Assembly (NCBI GenBank): GCA_028534125.1
Contig: CM052829.1
Location: forward strand, 1,364,001 to 1,428,000
Length of the DNA: 64,000 nucleotides
Direction: 5' to 3'
Source of the DNA: Lama glama
Taxonomy: Eukaryota
Both the position numbers and the translations under genes were made by a program. Position 1 is the stretch's first letter. The number at the start of each line of letters is the position of its first letter. Of this stretch, positions 60,621 through 64,000 are shown one piece after another. The notes beneath the pieces were generated by a model. That model was not told the origin of the DNA and did no database searches. It saw only the letters and a program-made list of their open reading frames with translations.

Positions 60621-63544
60621 TGATGGTCCTGAGGACGGGCAGGAAGGAGGCCATGCTTGGTTCTCTGGCTGGGCACAGCCCTGTTGGCCCCTTTGAGGTG
60701 CGGGGGGCACTGGGGTCCCAGGGGAGGCCAGCTAGGGTTTGTGACTGCGATCCCAATGGACAGAGGTTGACCCTATGCCCCAGGCACGTTCCCAAATGCT
60801 GACAGCCGTTTTGGGGAGCGGCTCACCGGGATGTGACCCACACTGTGTCCTCGGGAGGTTCCTGGTGAAGTTTGAAACTGGCTGAGGACGCGGAGGGCAT
60901 GGGGACCCCACAAGAGGGAGGTGCTCTGGGTGGCAGGTGGCAGCTTTCATAAGTGGGGGGCTTACGTGCAGGCTTGTCCTGGTGGCAGCAGGCGACGAGG
61001 CCTGCACCGCGCCAGGGTCTTAGGTTTGCGCAGAGGCCTCAGTGGGCTTGCCCGCGTTCACCTCTGGGCCGCCTCCACCACAGAGCGCTGGCCCGGGGCC
61101 ACCTCCCGGATGCGGCTCCTCATGCGTGGACTGGGGGTAGTGCGGAGCCTCATTCCAAGGCCGGGCGGGGAGAGAGCCTAGGGTGACGGGGTCCAGCTTG
61201 TGGTCACCAGTGGTCACGTCCTCTCGGCTGCTTCCACCACCACTGGAGGCCTAAAGCCGGGTCTCAGGGCAGCCAGGCTGAGGGCCCATCAGACCTGACG
61301 GGGGCCTGGGCCGAGGTGAGGGCACGCTGGGGGCCTCCCACTTCCTGTGGGTCCCACCAGTGTGTGTGTGTGTTCCTGATCCCGGTGTGAAGTGTGTTCC
61401 TCTAAGTTGGAGCAGCAATGGGGGAAGGCGGATGGGGGGCACCGAGATGCTAGCTGCAGGTCCCTCCCAGTAACCTTGCAGGGTTTTGGTAGGAATCAGA
61501 GACAGTATGGTACATGTGATAGATTCGAAATAAATGGTAATGGAGACCCTCTGGGGTCCCCTACTTTCTGAGGATGTGCCCCTCCACCAGGGGTGTGGGA
61601 TTCCCACTTCATGAAGTGGGGCCCTGAACCCTCCTCTGCCTGGGGACTTCGGTGTCCGGGGCTAGCGCACAAGTCAGGATCAGAAGTCCCAGGGCCCACC
61701 CTCCCAGGCAGACGGCACAGCACACACCTTCACCCGACTCAGAGTCATCGGGGGTACAGGGCATCCCCCCCACCTTGCTACACCCACCATCCCCTGAGGA
61801 ATGAAGTGCATTTGAAAAGGCTTTATTCTGGGGCTTCAGAAGGTCTGGCAAGTGTTACTCAACAAAGTCTAGGAACCTTGAAGGCTACAGCCACTTCCCT
61901 CCCCTCCTGGGGACCCCCACCCCCACCCCAGGCTCCAGACAGCGAGCAGGCCTGCCCGCGCGGCCTGGGCACCCCACCGCCCGCCCACGGCACATCTTTG
62001 GAGTGAACGACCCCCTCCCACCCTGCCACATCCCACCTGCTCACTTGGGCGTCTGTCCGTCTTCCCAGTGTCTGCTCCGTTCCCAGAGGTCTTGCCAGGT
62101 GACTGGCTCTAACTGGATGAACTGGACCCTAATGAGGGGTGCTCCACGTGCCTCCCCACAGGTCACCCCGCCCACCCTTGACCCCCCGACCCCCGTCTGA
62201 GGGCTGCGCCTCTCCCAGAGGTGGGAGGCCGTGTCCAGATGCACCTCAGTTCTGAGTCAGTCGAGAGTTAACTGTGGTGGTTCGTCCTTCGGGTTCTGGA
62301 AAGGACAGTGTCGTGCTAGACCCTGAGACGGGGCTCTCGGGGTAGCGTCTGCGTGCCACCAGGACATGGAGGGTCCTCAGAAAATAACCAGGGTTTGGAG
62401 AAACCAGACCTGCGTCCTGAAAATGGGACGGGGCTGTTGGCTGGGGTGACTGGTCATCACCTGCCGTTTCCCGCCCCACTTCTGGCCTCGCCCCTTAAAC
62501 TAGTGACGTTTCACGAATGCTGGGGGGTGTGTGTGCACGTGTGTTTAAAAGTTCAACCTGATACTGTTGGATTGCAGCTCACACGTATGTGAAATTGTTC
62601 TTGATTCTTTGTCATTCCCAACAATGTGGATCCATAGCACGTTTGAAGCTGCTCGAGGCGCAGACGCCCCGCTGCCGCTTTCCCTGCTTCTGAAGTCAGG
62701 CGCCAGGCTCAGCTCCTCGGCTGGGCCCGGGCTGCGTCAGGCTCCGACGAAGAGTGCTCAGGGCTCTCTGCTTGGGGCCCGCGCCCCCTCAGCAGAGGGA
62801 GGCCAAGCAGAAGGGCCCGGTGTCGGAGCCGGGAGACCGGCCACCTGGGTGCCCCGTGTGCCGGCTCCCACAGAGGGAGGTGGAGGTCGGCTGCAGCTTG
62901 GGCCAGTCTGACCTGCGGTTCAGACTCTCCTCCGGACCGTGCTTTCCGTATTGTGGGCTCCTGACTGCTAGAAAGCCCAGTTCAGGTTTTTATCTCACTG
63001 ACTCAGTAAGCAGTTGGCAGGGCAGCTCTGCAGCCACATGCCTGGGCGGCCAGCTGAGCAGGAGGACACTGCTGCCCCCGCAGGAGACGTCCCCTCTCCG
63101 AATCGGCGAGCAGAGGAGGACCTGATGTGGGCGCTTCTTCCACCGGGTGCCTGGCCATCCGTGGGCATCTTAGAGCTTAGTCCACACTTTTCCTGCTGCT
63201 CAGAACCCCTTCTCCGGGTTTTGACCCTTGGTTTGTAAATTCATAACATCAAGTCCAGAAAAACCGGCCACTCTCCCCTTGCATTAGGCTCGCCTTTTGT
63301 TCATTCTCTCTGCTGCTTCAGGGGCCAGAGACGCGCTGCCGCTCTGTGTGCCTCGGTGGGTCAGCGTGCAAGCCGTCTCTGGTCCCGCGTGGGCCCAGCC
63401 CCCTCAGGCCAGGCGTAGGGCCTGCGCTGGGTGTCTGGGTTGGGAGGCCCCTGGCCTGTTAGAGACAGCACCGCAGCACTGTGGGGAGGGGCGGGGGTAC
63501 GTGCAGCCCTGGCTGGTGCCTTGGTTCTGGTCTCAGAGATGGTT

Positions 63545-63665
63545 CTGTTCCTGGGCAATTCTCTTGTCCCTTTTGGACCTCAGTTTTCCCCAGCTGTAAA
63601 AGGGAAGTCACATGAGCCTCCTTGTCTTATGGGATTGCGTATCTGAAAGCATGTGGGAAAGTTTA
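63545..63665 (+). mobile_element. MIR SINE
   Basis: 'ctgggcaattctctt..ggacctcagttttccccagctgtaaaaggg'. Confidence 0.65.
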
Positions 63666-64000
63666 AAGCATAAATACAAAATATGAAAGCGAAATGTGAA
63701 GTGCACTATACTCAGAGACAATGTGGAAGGACAGACACAAGGTCATAGCCAGGCTCCCCAGGTGCTGAGCCCGGCTGAGAAGGACAGGCGGACGTAACAA
63801 GGGAAGGTCAGGCTCTGCTGAGCTCTCAAGGGCCGCCAGCCTGGAGGAGGTAACTAGTTGCCACGGCGGCCTGCTAGCAGGTGGCTGGGGGGATGCGGGT
63901 CTGCAGAGCACAGGTACCCCTAAGCGGGTCCCTCACTGGACGACAAGCTCTGAGGTCACTGTTTAAAGTCACAGCACACGACACAAGAGGTGTGGACACA

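Noticed and set aside
55600-64000. Assigning a gene symbol to the + strand gene
   Set aside because: Only a non-coding first exon is visible and nothing diagnostic is present, so any name would be a guess.

Overview
Mammalian genomic DNA, very probably a camelid: a Vic-1-type tRNA-derived SINE sits at about 1857-1940, and the L1 3' ends and ERV1 LTRs look cetartiodactyl. It comes from a very GC/CpG-rich, subtelomere-like isochore. I do not recognise any known protein-coding gene, and most ORFs in the supplied track are GC-content artefacts. The window holds many old interspersed repeats (L1M, MIR, MLT1/MLT2, MER21, MER31, MER5A, Tigger1, a hAT transposase fossil). It also has several CpG islands and a clear CpG-island promoter at 55.1-56.3 kb (GC boxes, CCAAT). 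That promoter has an ATG-less + strand first exon made mostly of a (GACCCG)n-like hexamer repeat and ending at CAG|gtgagc (56000); the gene is unidentified and its coding exons are not evident in the window. The most interesting signals are: (1) chains of phase-compatible minus-strand exons (2.8-8.5 kb and 29-34.7 kb) suggesting an unannotated or fast-evolving gene and a 61-aa RVxF-containing microprotein; (2) a CpG island with tandem ETS and Sp1 sites that is itself a GC-transformed L1MB 3' end (45.9-46.4 kb); (3) two same-orientation ERV1 LTRs with about 95% identical cores but diverged ends, flanking the putative gene start; (4) a divergent CTCF motif pair. Repeat subfamily names come from my recall of consensus sequences, not from a search, and all exon models are manual inferences.
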